From a candidate division FCPU426 bacterium (lineage in GTDB: Bacteria > Oederibacteriota > Muellerivitia > Muellerivitales > Muellerivitaceae), in contig JASHQZ010000055.1 of the NCBI GenBank assembly GCA_030038835.1, forward strand, positions 1 to 51,765: a DNA stretch of 51,765 nucleotides, written 5' to 3'. Positions 44,029-51,765 of the stretch are shown here, piece after piece (within the stretch, counting starts at the first letter, position 1; every line of letters begins with the position of its first letter). A program made the position numbers and the translations under genes. The notes beneath the pieces are model-generated. The model did no database searches and was not told the DNA's origin. It saw only the letters and a list, made by a program, of their open reading frames with translations.

Positions 44029-47000
44029 ATGTTGGCTGGTGGACTTCTTCTTCAACGCTTTCAACAACTGGCCCTTCTGGGTTTGGGGATCGTTTTTTTT
44101 ATCTTTCCGCTCCGTGGGGCAAACGCCCAAACAACAACTTCGGCCACGCCGGCTGTTTCGTCTTCCCCGGCAGCCACTTCCGCTTCCGATTTGATGGTAA
44201 GTCCTGAAGAGGAAATCAAGATACTGGACGCCATTGACGCCCAGTCCAATAGCCTTAACGCCCAAACCACGCCGTTGGCCACGTCTTCCATCTCCGGGTC
44301 CGCCTCAACCGCCGCCCCGGCAACGGCGGCCGGAGGCGGAGGGGCGTCAATTTTAGCGCCGCTTTCCGGAGCCGCAGCTCCGGTCAACTATCCTCCCCCG
44401 GCAGCTCCAACCGGTTTGAGCGTGCTAATTCTTAAGGAAGGGGTTTACCTTTCCTGGGACGCGGCGCCGGCGGGCTCCCCCGTCACGGCCTACGACGTTT
44501 ACCGCTCCACCACACCGGGTGAGGGATACCTGCGCGTTAACACCCAACCCGTCCCAGCCCCGTATTTCCTGGACGGTTCCCAAACCAGCCTTTCTCCCCC
44601 GCGAAACGGCGAGGATTATTTCTACGTGGTGACCGCCAGCGATTCCTACGGCAAAACTAGTCCTGATTCAGATGAATTGACGGTTACACCCGATGGCATG
44701 GAAATTGTCCAGTCTGAAGCAACGGCGCCGACCCCCAGCCCAACGCCCGAGGCGGAAAAAGTCCTGGCTATTCCGGAAAAGAATCTGATCAACCTCCAGT
44801 TGCCGGCGGACACGTCGCTTTCCATCCAGGGTTACAAGAAAATCGAGGCGGATTTGTCCTTCCAGGATTTCTACGACCGGCCCGTGGAGAATGGCGTTCC
44901 GCAGCAGCAGGACACCACGCTTATCAATCAGGAGCTAGTAGTCGACTTGGTGGGCAAGGTGGGGAAAAACGTGGACGTGAACGTGGACTATAGCGACGTC
45001 AACCGGGCGGGAGGCGTGGACCAGACCAAGCAGGTCATTTCCATCACCTACCACGGCGATGAGGACAGTCCCGTCCAGGAGGTGGAATTCGGTGACCTGC
45101 AGCTGGTGCTCCCCAACACCCAGTTCGCGGGCTTCAGCAAGAACCTCTTCGGCCTCGAGGCCATGTTCAAGTTCGATAACTTTCACTTGACCACTTTTTT
45201 CGCCCAGACCCAGGGCATTTCGGCTACCAAGACCTTCACCGGCAACACCGTGCAAGTGGACAAGATGATCCAGGACATCCAGTATGTCCCGAACAAATAC
45301 TTTCTCATTACCCGTGAAAACCTGACCCCCACCACAAGCACATCGACCAATGGCGCCCTTCCCGCGCCCAATACGGAGCAGATCTGGGTGGACCAGGGGA
45401 CGGGCCAGATCAACCCCACTGGGCCCAATTTCGGAGGGCCCAACAATCTTTTTGCACATTGGTTGCCGGGACGGGACTACACCATCGACTACTCCACGGG
45501 TATCATCACCTTCATCACGGCCCTGCCCTCCACGGCCCGCATCGCCGTGGGATTCCAGAACCAAAACGGCCAATACCGGGGCTTGAACGCTTATAACAAT
45601 AGCAACACAGCGAATTTTCCCCAGAACGTGCCTTCCACTGACCTGTTCGTGCCGGACAATGGGGCGGTGGGGGTTACAGTTAGCGTCTCGAATCCAACCT
45701 TGAATCAAACAGGGAAATACCCGGGATTCCTGATCAAGGACAACAACAATTCCACCGGCTGGACATCGGCCAACGCCATTGCCTGCTCGCCCCTTTATCT
45801 GGTCAATTTTTTCAACCTGGGCACCGACAAGATCGTGCCCCCCCAGGACGACCCGGGTTTTCTTTTCCAAGTCATTTCCACCAACAATACGGTCCTTCAA
45901 ACCGGGCAGGGCGTCTCAACGGTGGGCTCTTCCACCCCCTGGGTCTACAACGTGGACCTGGACTTCAACTACCTAACGGTCATCAACGCCAATTTCCTGG
46001 CCTCGGCCGCGCCGACCTCCTTCTTATGGCCGGAACGGCCCTTCGCCAACCTGGACACCTCCGGCGGCTCCAGCTCCAGCGCCAACCCGCCGGACGTCTA
46101 CTGTCAGACCGTTGCGCCCACTAGCCAGTATACCGTCCATGTCCGCTACAAGACCCAGTCGAACAACTACTCGCTGGGCCAGTTCAACATCATCCAGGGA
46201 AGCGAGTCGGTGTATCTGGACGGCCGTCGCCTCCAGCGCAACGTGGACTACATGATCGACTACACCTCCGGCACCCTGGATTTCCCCAACAAGAGCATCC
46301 TCTCACCGGACAGCCAGATCGTGGTGACCTACGAGTACGCGCCCTTTGGCTCCACCGGCCAAAACAACATCCTGGGTGCCCGGGCCGAATACGACATTAC
46401 CGACAACTTCTTCATCGGCTCCACCTTCCTTGAGGACGACGCCCAGCAGCCCCTGGAGGTGCCGCAGATCGGTTCCACGCCCGACTCCCTCACCCTTTTC
46501 GACGCGGACACGCGCCTGGACCTGTCCCGGGATGACGTGAAATCCCTCACTGGCGTGATCCCCGGTCTTGAAGATTGGAAGCCTCCCTTGAGCGTCAAGC
46601 TCTCAGGGGAAGTCGCCCAAAGCTACTACAACCCCGACACCTACAACGCCGAGGGGGAAAACGGCGTCGCCATGATCGACAACATGCAGGGCATCGACAG
46701 CGCAACGGCCCTCTCAACGAACCAGACTTCCTGGCTGGTTTCCGCTCCCCCCGAGCCCGTGGGGTTTCTGGGCAACGTCACCTACGACGGGGGAGCGGAC
46801 GCCACCAATAATCGGGTCCGTTTCTACAACTCCGGCGCACCCAACTCCGTCATGGAGGTTTTTCAAACCATCGGCACGTCTAACACCACCGGCGGCTACA
46901 CCACGGTGCCCGCCTACGGCGGCAATGTTTATGCCCAAACCCAACAGGCCAACGATGCGGTACAGGTGTTGCAGTTTCCTTATTCGAACCTTACCAACCA

Positions 47001-50000
47001 GAGGTGGGCGGGGTTGAGGACGGTGATTTCCACGAACGGCGCCGATTTTTCCAACGTGACCTATTTCGACAGCTGGATTTACAACGACGGCAATCCCAAG
47101 TGGATCATGGTGGATTTCGGGGTTTTGAACGAAGACGTCAACGGCCAACCGAGCGTCGGCCCCGGCAGCCCTTTTTTTTCCGATCCCAACGAGTACGCCC
47201 AACCCCAGCTTCCAGCCAACCCTCTTTACGCCATTCCCACCTACTATTACCAGGGAAATCCCTGGTCAGCCGGCGGGAGTTCCACGGCCCCGATCACCTA
47301 TCTCCTTCCGGGGGAAGAGACCTCGCAGGAAGGGGTCAGCGTGGGGAGCGGAACCAGTTACGTCAACGAGAACATGAACGGCACCAATATTTTGAACAAC
47401 ACGGATGCCTATTACGAATACGGCATCGATGCCAATTGGACCGGATGGCATGAAGTGAAGATTCCCATCAACTTATCCGGTTCGGCAAGCCCGGGAACGA
47501 CCCCGGACGGAATCAGCTATTTCTTCAACACTGTAGGCGCGCCGACCCCCACTATTATCCGCTCGGCCCGCATCTGGATGACCGGTTCCAATTCCACGCC
47601 CATCAACGGCGACGTTTATTTCGAGAGCGTCAACTTCACCCAAAACCTTTGGGTCCTGCAGGTGGACCCCACGGCAAACGCCAGCCAGGGCGTGACGGTC
47701 AACCCCACCAAGTTCGACGTGGATTCCATCAGCCAGGCTGAGAACTCCAGTTTCGTGCCCACGCTCAACTTCGTGACCGTGCAGTCGGGCCAGGATCAGT
47801 CCGCTCTCCTATACCAGGAAAAGGCCCTGGAAATTACCTACAATCTTTCCTCGGCCGATTTCCAGCCCTCCGGCAACATCAACGGCACGCCCATTTATTA
47901 CGCCACCCGGCTCTTTAGCCAGGGGCTGGACCTCACCAACTTCCAGGACCTGCGGTTTGAACTTTACCTCAGGGCCTATCAGCCGGGGGACGTGCTTTTC
48001 CTGCGCGTAGGGAACGACCCGCAGGATTATTACCAGTTCAACATGCAGTTGAGCCAGGCCGCCGTTTCCTGCCTCAATACCTGGGGCACGGTGGACTTCC
48101 CCTTGAGCGGGTCGGCGGGCAATCGGCTCCAGGTGGGGACGCCTTTCATCAACCGCGTCACCAACATCAGCTTCGGGGTGGTCTCCCCCAACCCGCCCTC
48201 GGGTTTCACGGGCGACATGTGGATCATCAACCTGCACGCCGCCAACTCCGTCGTGCGCAGCGGCATGGCCCGCCGGGCCGACGCGGCCTTTGTCATCGGC
48301 GACGACGCCAAGAAGCCCTTTGCCACGATGAACCTGCGCTACGAGGAAGTGGACTCGGGCTTCACCCAAATGGACCAAACCAGCACCCATTTCCAGCATT
48401 CCACCCAGTTGGGGGCGGACTACACCTCCAGCGGGGTCTCCCTTTTTTCCCAGCCGCTGGTCACCCAGGCTTCCTATACCCACCAGGATCTCACCACCGA
48501 GTCCGCGCTCTTGGACAACCCTTATTACATTTCCTTGCCCAATACCCACAGCGACAACGCCATCGGCAGCATCAGCTATACCAAGGATCTGGGGTCCTCG
48601 TTCGGCCGCCTGACCTCCTTCCAGCTTTCCGGCAGCCTGAATGACCAAAACTCAACCTATCCCAACCAAGAATACCTCTCCCAACCCGGGGTGCAGGGTA
48701 ACAACCAAAACAACCAGGCTGTCTACACGGTGGCCTCCACCTACGACGCACCTGCGAAAATTTTCTTCCTGCCCATCGGGGCCAACCAGTTCACTGAAAG
48801 TTATTCCATGACCTACAACACCGAGGATTTCCTGGCCCCCAACTACGAGGGGCTGGCCAATTACGACCGCACCACCCGTACGCAGACCTACGGCTGGACC
48901 AACACCACGGAGCTCGTGAAGAACCTGGTTATCACTCCGGGATATACCTGGACCCTGACGGACGCGATGGGCAATACCAACTCGGCCGGGGTGCCGGTTT
49001 CGGTCTCCAGTTATTCGGTGACCTACATGCCCTTCCAGGAGCAGGAACAGCCCAAGGCTGGGCTGGTGTACCGGGGCATCTCAGGACTGACCCCCTCCGT
49101 GGCCTATACCGGAAGCAACAGCTACGACTGGGTCTCCTATTCCACCGGCCTGCAGTTCAACAGCGCCAACAATCTCGCCTTCACGGGCAACTTCACACCG
49201 AGCAGTTGGTTCGGTTTCCTCCAGAAGATCAACCCCACCTTGACCTATGGCCTCACCTATGCCGCTAATTCCACCATCCCCGGCTACCGCCAGGGGATGC
49301 TGAATTTGGACGAACAATGGGGCATTAACCCCGATTTCACCGACTCCCTTACCGCAAGCCAGTCGGAAACCAACCAGGTGACCGGCGACTTTAAGCTTTT
49401 CGACGTATGGGATTTCCGGCCTAACGCCTCTTGGACCAACCAGTTGAACCTTCTTTCCCAGGGCTCCAATCCAGCGCCCCAGTATGGTAAAACCATAGGG
49501 CTGACTACGGTGTACAATCGTAAAATCCTAACCTTGCCCCTGGTGGGCCTCACCGTGGACTCGGCCCAGTTCCAATATACCCACACGGACAGCACCCAGT
49601 ACGACAGCACTGTCCCGCCCAGCATCGACAATGAAACGGACAGCGATCTTTACGGTATCACCCTGCCTTACGACCTGGGCAAGGGCGCGGGCCAGGGCAA
49701 CATCCACCTCCAGCAAACCACGGGATACCAGAACGGCCTTTCCACCCTGAGCACCGGGGTCACCCAACTGGACCAACAGGCTTCCGTCGAGTATGACCAG
49801 CGGTTCAACCCCCACTTGGAGCTTCATGTTCCCCTCACCCACTGGGTCATCCGTATGGGCAATGACGTGGACCTGAAGGCCACATATTTCATGGAGTTCG
49901 TGAACAACCAGTCCAGCTACATCAACAACGAGCTCCAGACCCAAACGTACCGTGTTACAATCAACTGCCAGTACAATGCCCTCACGAACCTGCTGTTGGG

Positions 50001-50097
50001 CGTGGGCCTGACTAACACGTATTTCACCAACCAGCAGAACAACCAGTTGAACTATGTGCTGTGGATGGGAACCGTCTCGGCGGAAGCAAGATTCTAA
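44029..50097 (+). CDS. Giant (2022 aa) outer-membrane protein: signal peptide, low-complexity A/S/T region, FN3 domain, then a very large beta-rich body with blocks I recollect as SprA/Sov-like and a C-terminal beta-signal
   Basis: One uninterrupted ORF. The signal peptide ends at GANA-QT. The FN3 domain is APTGLSVLILKEGVYLSWDAAP..VTAYDVYRS. The block VDLVGKVGKNVDVNVDYSD...ISITYHGDEDSPVQEVEFGDLQLVLPNTQFAGFSKNLFGLEAMFKFDNFHLTTFFAQTQG resembles the SprA N-terminal repeat as I recall it (not computed). The composition is N/T/S/Q/Y/G-rich with alternating hydrophobicity. The last residues, VSAEARF, have hydrophobics at every second position and a terminal Phe. Confidence 0.7.
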   Translation: MLAGGLLLQRFQQLALLGLGIVFFIFPLRGANAQTTTSATPAVSSSPAATSASDLMVSPEEEIKILDAIDAQSNSLNAQTTPLATSSISGSASTAAPATAAGGGGASILAPLSGAAAPVNYPPPAAPTGLSVLILKEGVYLSWDAAPAGSPVTAYDVYRSTTPGEGYLRVNTQPVPAPYFLDGSQTSLSPPRNGEDYFYVVTASDSYGKTSPDSDELTVTPDGMEIVQSEATAPTPSPTPEAEKVLAIPEKNLINLQLPADTSLSIQGYKKIEADLSFQDFYDRPVENGVPQQQDTTLINQELVVDLVGKVGKNVDVNVDYSDVNRAGGVDQTKQVISITYHGDEDSPVQEVEFGDLQLVLPNTQFAGFSKNLFGLEAMFKFDNFHLTTFFAQTQGISATKTFTGNTVQVDKMIQDIQYVPNKYFLITRENLTPTTSTSTNGALPAPNTEQIWVDQGTGQINPTGPNFGGPNNLFAHWLPGRDYTIDYSTGIITFITALPSTARIAVGFQNQNGQYRGLNAYNNSNTANFPQNVPSTDLFVPDNGAVGVTVSVSNPTLNQTGKYPGFLIKDNNNSTGWTSANAIACSPLYLVNFFNLGTDKIVPPQDDPGFLFQVISTNNTVLQTGQGVSTVGSSTPWVYNVDLDFNYLTVINANFLASAAPTSFLWPERPFANLDTSGGSSSSANPPDVYCQTVAPTSQYTVHVRYKTQSNNYSLGQFNIIQGSESVYLDGRRLQRNVDYMIDYTSGTLDFPNKSILSPDSQIVVTYEYAPFGSTGQNNILGARAEYDITDNFFIGSTFLEDDAQQPLEVPQIGSTPDSLTLFDADTRLDLSRDDVKSLTGVIPGLEDWKPPLSVKLSGEVAQSYYNPDTYNAEGENGVAMIDNMQGIDSATALSTNQTSWLVSAPPEPVGFLGNVTYDGGADATNNRVRFYNSGAPNSVMEVFQTIGTSNTTGGYTTVPAYGGNVYAQTQQANDAVQVLQFPYSNLTNQRWAGLRTVISTNGADFSNVTYFDSWIYNDGNPKWIMVDFGVLNEDVNGQPSVGPGSPFFSDPNEYAQPQLPANPLYAIPTYYYQGNPWSAGGSSTAPITYLLPGEETSQEGVSVGSGTSYVNENMNGTNILNNTDAYYEYGIDANWTGWHEVKIPINLSGSASPGTTPDGISYFFNTVGAPTPTIIRSARIWMTGSNSTPINGDVYFESVNFTQNLWVLQVDPTANASQGVTVNPTKFDVDSISQAENSSFVPTLNFVTVQSGQDQSALLYQEKALEITYNLSSADFQPSGNINGTPIYYATRLFSQGLDLTNFQDLRFELYLRAYQPGDVLFLRVGNDPQDYYQFNMQLSQAAVSCLNTWGTVDFPLSGSAGNRLQVGTPFINRVTNISFGVVSPNPPSGFTGDMWIINLHAANSVVRSGMARRADAAFVIGDDAKKPFATMNLRYEEVDSGFTQMDQTSTHFQHSTQLGADYTSSGVSLFSQPLVTQASYTHQDLTTESALLDNPYYISLPNTHSDNAIGSISYTKDLGSSFGRLTSFQLSGSLNDQNSTYPNQEYLSQPGVQGNNQNNQAVYTVASTYDAPAKIFFLPIGANQFTESYSMTYNTEDFLAPNYEGLANYDRTTRTQTYGWTNTTELVKNLVITPGYTWTLTDAMGNTNSAGVPVSVSSYSVTYMPFQEQEQPKAGLVYRGISGLTPSVAYTGSNSYDWVSYSTGLQFNSANNLAFTGNFTPSSWFGFLQKINPTLTYGLTYAANSTIPGYRQGMLNLDEQWGINPDFTDSLTASQSETNQVTGDFKLFDVWDFRPNASWTNQLNLLSQGSNPAPQYGKTIGLTTVYNRKILTLPLVGLTVDSAQFQYTHTDSTQYDSTVPPSIDNETDSDLYGITLPYDLGKGAGQGNIHLQQTTGYQNGLSTLSTGVTQLDQQASVEYDQRFNPHLELHVPLTHWVIRMGNDVDLKATYFMEFVNNQSSYINNELQTQTYRVTINCQYNALTNLLLGVGLTNTYFTNQQNNQLNYVLWMGTVSAEARF

Positions 50098-50099
50098 CC

Positions 50100-51765
50100 A
50101 TGAAACCCAACAAAAGCTCACAGTCGACGGTTGGCAGTAGGTGGCCACGTCTTTTCAGGCGATCCCTGTCGCCTGCTGACTGCGGACTTTTAGCCCTTCT
50201 CTTTTTAGGGGTTTCCACACTGGTTTTCGCGCAGCCGCCCGTGCCTTCGGGGCTTTCCGTCATCGCCCCCTACGATGGGGAAGTGAACCTGGTATGGACT
50301 CCAGACGTCTCGGAAACACCGGCGGTAACGGCTTATCTCCTCAGCCGGCAAGAACTCAATGTGCCGAACACGCCCACCCCCACCGGTACCCTGACGCCCA
50401 CCACGTGCACACCCCAACCCCTGGCCACCGTGCTTTTGTCCTCCATGCCCGGCCCCGGAACGCCCGTTTACCAGGATTTGCAGGTGACCGACGGCCTGGA
50501 TTACCTCTACCAAGTGGCGGGTATTGATTCGGGCGGGGTACCGGGGGGAGCCTCTTCCGTTACAGCCGCTCCTTATTTAGGTCCTGTGGCCATCCAGCCC
50601 GTAACCGTCCAAAACATTCATTCCAATGCCTTGGATCTTTCCTGGGGAGTTCCCGCCTCCAGCTATCCGATTTCTTTTTATCAAGTCTATCTTTTCAAGT
50701 ACCTCACAGCGACTCCCACACCTAATCCTCCCAACACCGCGACTTTTACCCCAATCGGTACCTGGAATACACCTTCCCCTACCTTCACCCCCACTTTCCC
50801 CCAAACTCCTGTCCCAGCCTCCACGGTTTTAAGCGCCATGCCCTTGGCCACAGTTTTTGGAACCGCCTACAGCGATACCACGGCCAATTCCTCGGGCGCG
50901 GCGGCTTTTTATTACGTGGTGATGGCCACGGACAGCCAGGGCCACTTGGGTGCCCAACCCACTTACGCTAGCAACCCGGACCTGCCCATCAACATGTCAC
51001 CTCCCGGGCCACCCACGCTTACCGCCTTGGTGACGCTGACCCCCACGCCCCCCGTTATTGGGCAGAACGGTTACGGCGCAAGGCTCATCTGGAACTCTTC
51101 GCTTGGCTCGGAAGGGGTAACGGCTTACGAAATACTGCAGAACAACACCCCCATTGCCACCGTCCCCTACCAGGCCGCCACGCCCACGATGACCTACGAT
51201 GATTCCACCCTGCCTGCGGGAAACAACGGCAATCTCATCACCGTTTACAACGTGGTGGCCGTGAACACTTATGGGACCGGAACCTCCAATACCGTGGCCG
51301 TCACCCTAAACGCGGCCGTGGAGTCGGAGCCGATCACGGTGACGCCCAATGCCACCACCAACGCCGTCACCCTCACATGGAACCCTGCCACCCCTGGAAC
51401 CTACGGCCTGGCCGGCTACCAGCTTTATAAGAGCCCTTTCGGGGTGCCCGCGATCAATCCTACTCCCATCCCGGCCGGGAGCCCCACGGCCACTGTCACG
51501 CCTACCCCCTTCGCCACCATCTTTACCAACCCCTCCGTGACGGCCGTTTTGACATGGGTGGATACCCCCATCGTCAACCACATGAACTATTGGGTGCAAC
51601 CCGTGGACCTGACTGGCCATGGAGGGTGGTTAAATGCGGCCTCTCCACCCGCCTTAAACTTGGCCCCCACGCCGCCTTCCAGCGTGGGTGTCGCCAATCC
51701 GGTGGGGAACAACCAGATCGCGGTGACATGGGCGCCGGGAGGCCCGGGGTTTTACGGAACGCAGT
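50100..51765 (+). CDS. Secreted multi-FN3 repeat protein, 3'-truncated by the window edge
   Basis: The ATG is 2 nt after the giant gene stop. The frame stays open for all 555 codons to the window end, which is why the ORF track does not list it. The signal peptide is LLALLFLGVSTLVFAQ. At least 5 FN3-like modules are present (LSVIAPYDGEVNLVWTP..VTAYLL; ALDLSWGVP..ISFYQVY; ARLIWNSS..VTAYEIL; AVTLTWNP..LAGYQLY; QIAVTWAP). Confidence 0.8.
   Translation, partial: MKPNKSSQSTVGSRWPRLFRRSLSPADCGLLALLFLGVSTLVFAQPPVPSGLSVIAPYDGEVNLVWTPDVSETPAVTAYLLSRQELNVPNTPTPTGTLTPTTCTPQPLATVLLSSMPGPGTPVYQDLQVTDGLDYLYQVAGIDSGGVPGGASSVTAAPYLGPVAIQPVTVQNIHSNALDLSWGVPASSYPISFYQVYLFKYLTATPTPNPPNTATFTPIGTWNTPSPTFTPTFPQTPVPASTVLSAMPLATVFGTAYSDTTANSSGAAAFYYVVMATDSQGHLGAQPTYASNPDLPINMSPPGPPTLTALVTLTPTPPVIGQNGYGARLIWNSSLGSEGVTAYEILQNNTPIATVPYQAATPTMTYDDSTLPAGNNGNLITVYNVVAVNTYGTGTSNTVAVTLNAAVESEPITVTPNATTNAVTLTWNPATPGTYGLAGYQLYKSPFGVPAINPTPIPAGSPTATVTPTPFATIFTNPSVTAVLTWVDTPIVNHMNYWVQPVDLTGHGGWLNAASPPALNLAPTPPSSVGVANPVGNNQIAVTWAPGGPGFYGTQ

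Noticed and set aside
44935-50148. Minus-strand ORFs of 321 aa (44935..45900), 279 aa (47809..48648), 206 aa (49528..50148) and 162 aa (46714..47202)
   Set aside because: All are antisense to the single uninterrupted 2022-aa + strand ORF. Their products are Gly/Val/Arg/Asp-rich with no motif, so they are shadow ORFs.

Overview
This is a gene-dense 51.8-kb chromosomal window from a diderm bacterium, as shown by the skp, lpxD, lpxC-fabZ, lpxA, lpxI and lptFG genes. All recognisable genes except lptF and lptG lie on the + strand. I found no rRNA, tRNA, CRISPR array, transposase or integrase.

Layout:
- 223-1962: DUF2723/PMT-like membrane glycosyltransferase.
- 2039-19744: a large chemosensory supercluster. 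It opens with a PilT ATPase fused to about 420 aa of TPR repeats, followed by two tightly coupled envelope ORFs. Then come cheR, a TPR protein, a T2SSE_N(MshEN-like)-CheW fusion, a 737-aa TPR protein, a P-II protein, cheY, cheC, cheD, cheW, cheY, cheB, cheA, a second cheC and a catalytically dead GGDEF protein that keeps its RxxD I-site. No MCP receptor gene is present in the window.
- 19814-31280: housekeeping genes, namely dprA, topA, argB, nrdR, DUF1015, eno, a cysteine synthase plus JAMM/Mec pair, an EamA transporter, yjbQ, a 2Fe-2S ferredoxin-like protein and tmRNA (tag ADNQLALAA).
- 31281-34187: a visibly AT-richer stretch after ssrA holding an SRPBCC protein, a secreted beta-helix protein, a frameshifted PilZ pseudogene and an intact PilZ gene.
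- 34355-41440: the lipid A cluster, converging on lptFG.
- 41441-42084: a 640-bp non-coding gap.
- 42085-51765: a LytS-type kinase and LytTR regulator, immediately followed by a 2022-aa outer-membrane giant and an open-ended array of FN3 modules with Pro/Thr-rich insertions. The giant has a signal peptide, an FN3 domain, blocks that I recollect as SprA/Sov-like, and a C-terminal beta-signal ending in Phe.

The most notable signals are:
1. The receptor-less, TPR-interleaved chemosensory cluster carrying several c-di-GMP-receptor-type modules.
2. A family of intergenic palindromes whose arms are tandem heptamers (TTNNGAG, i.e. GAG at a 7-nt period). They start a few nucleotides after stop codons inside that cluster.
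3. The two-component, giant barrel and FN3-array module.

All family assignments come from motif reading by eye. No database search was run.
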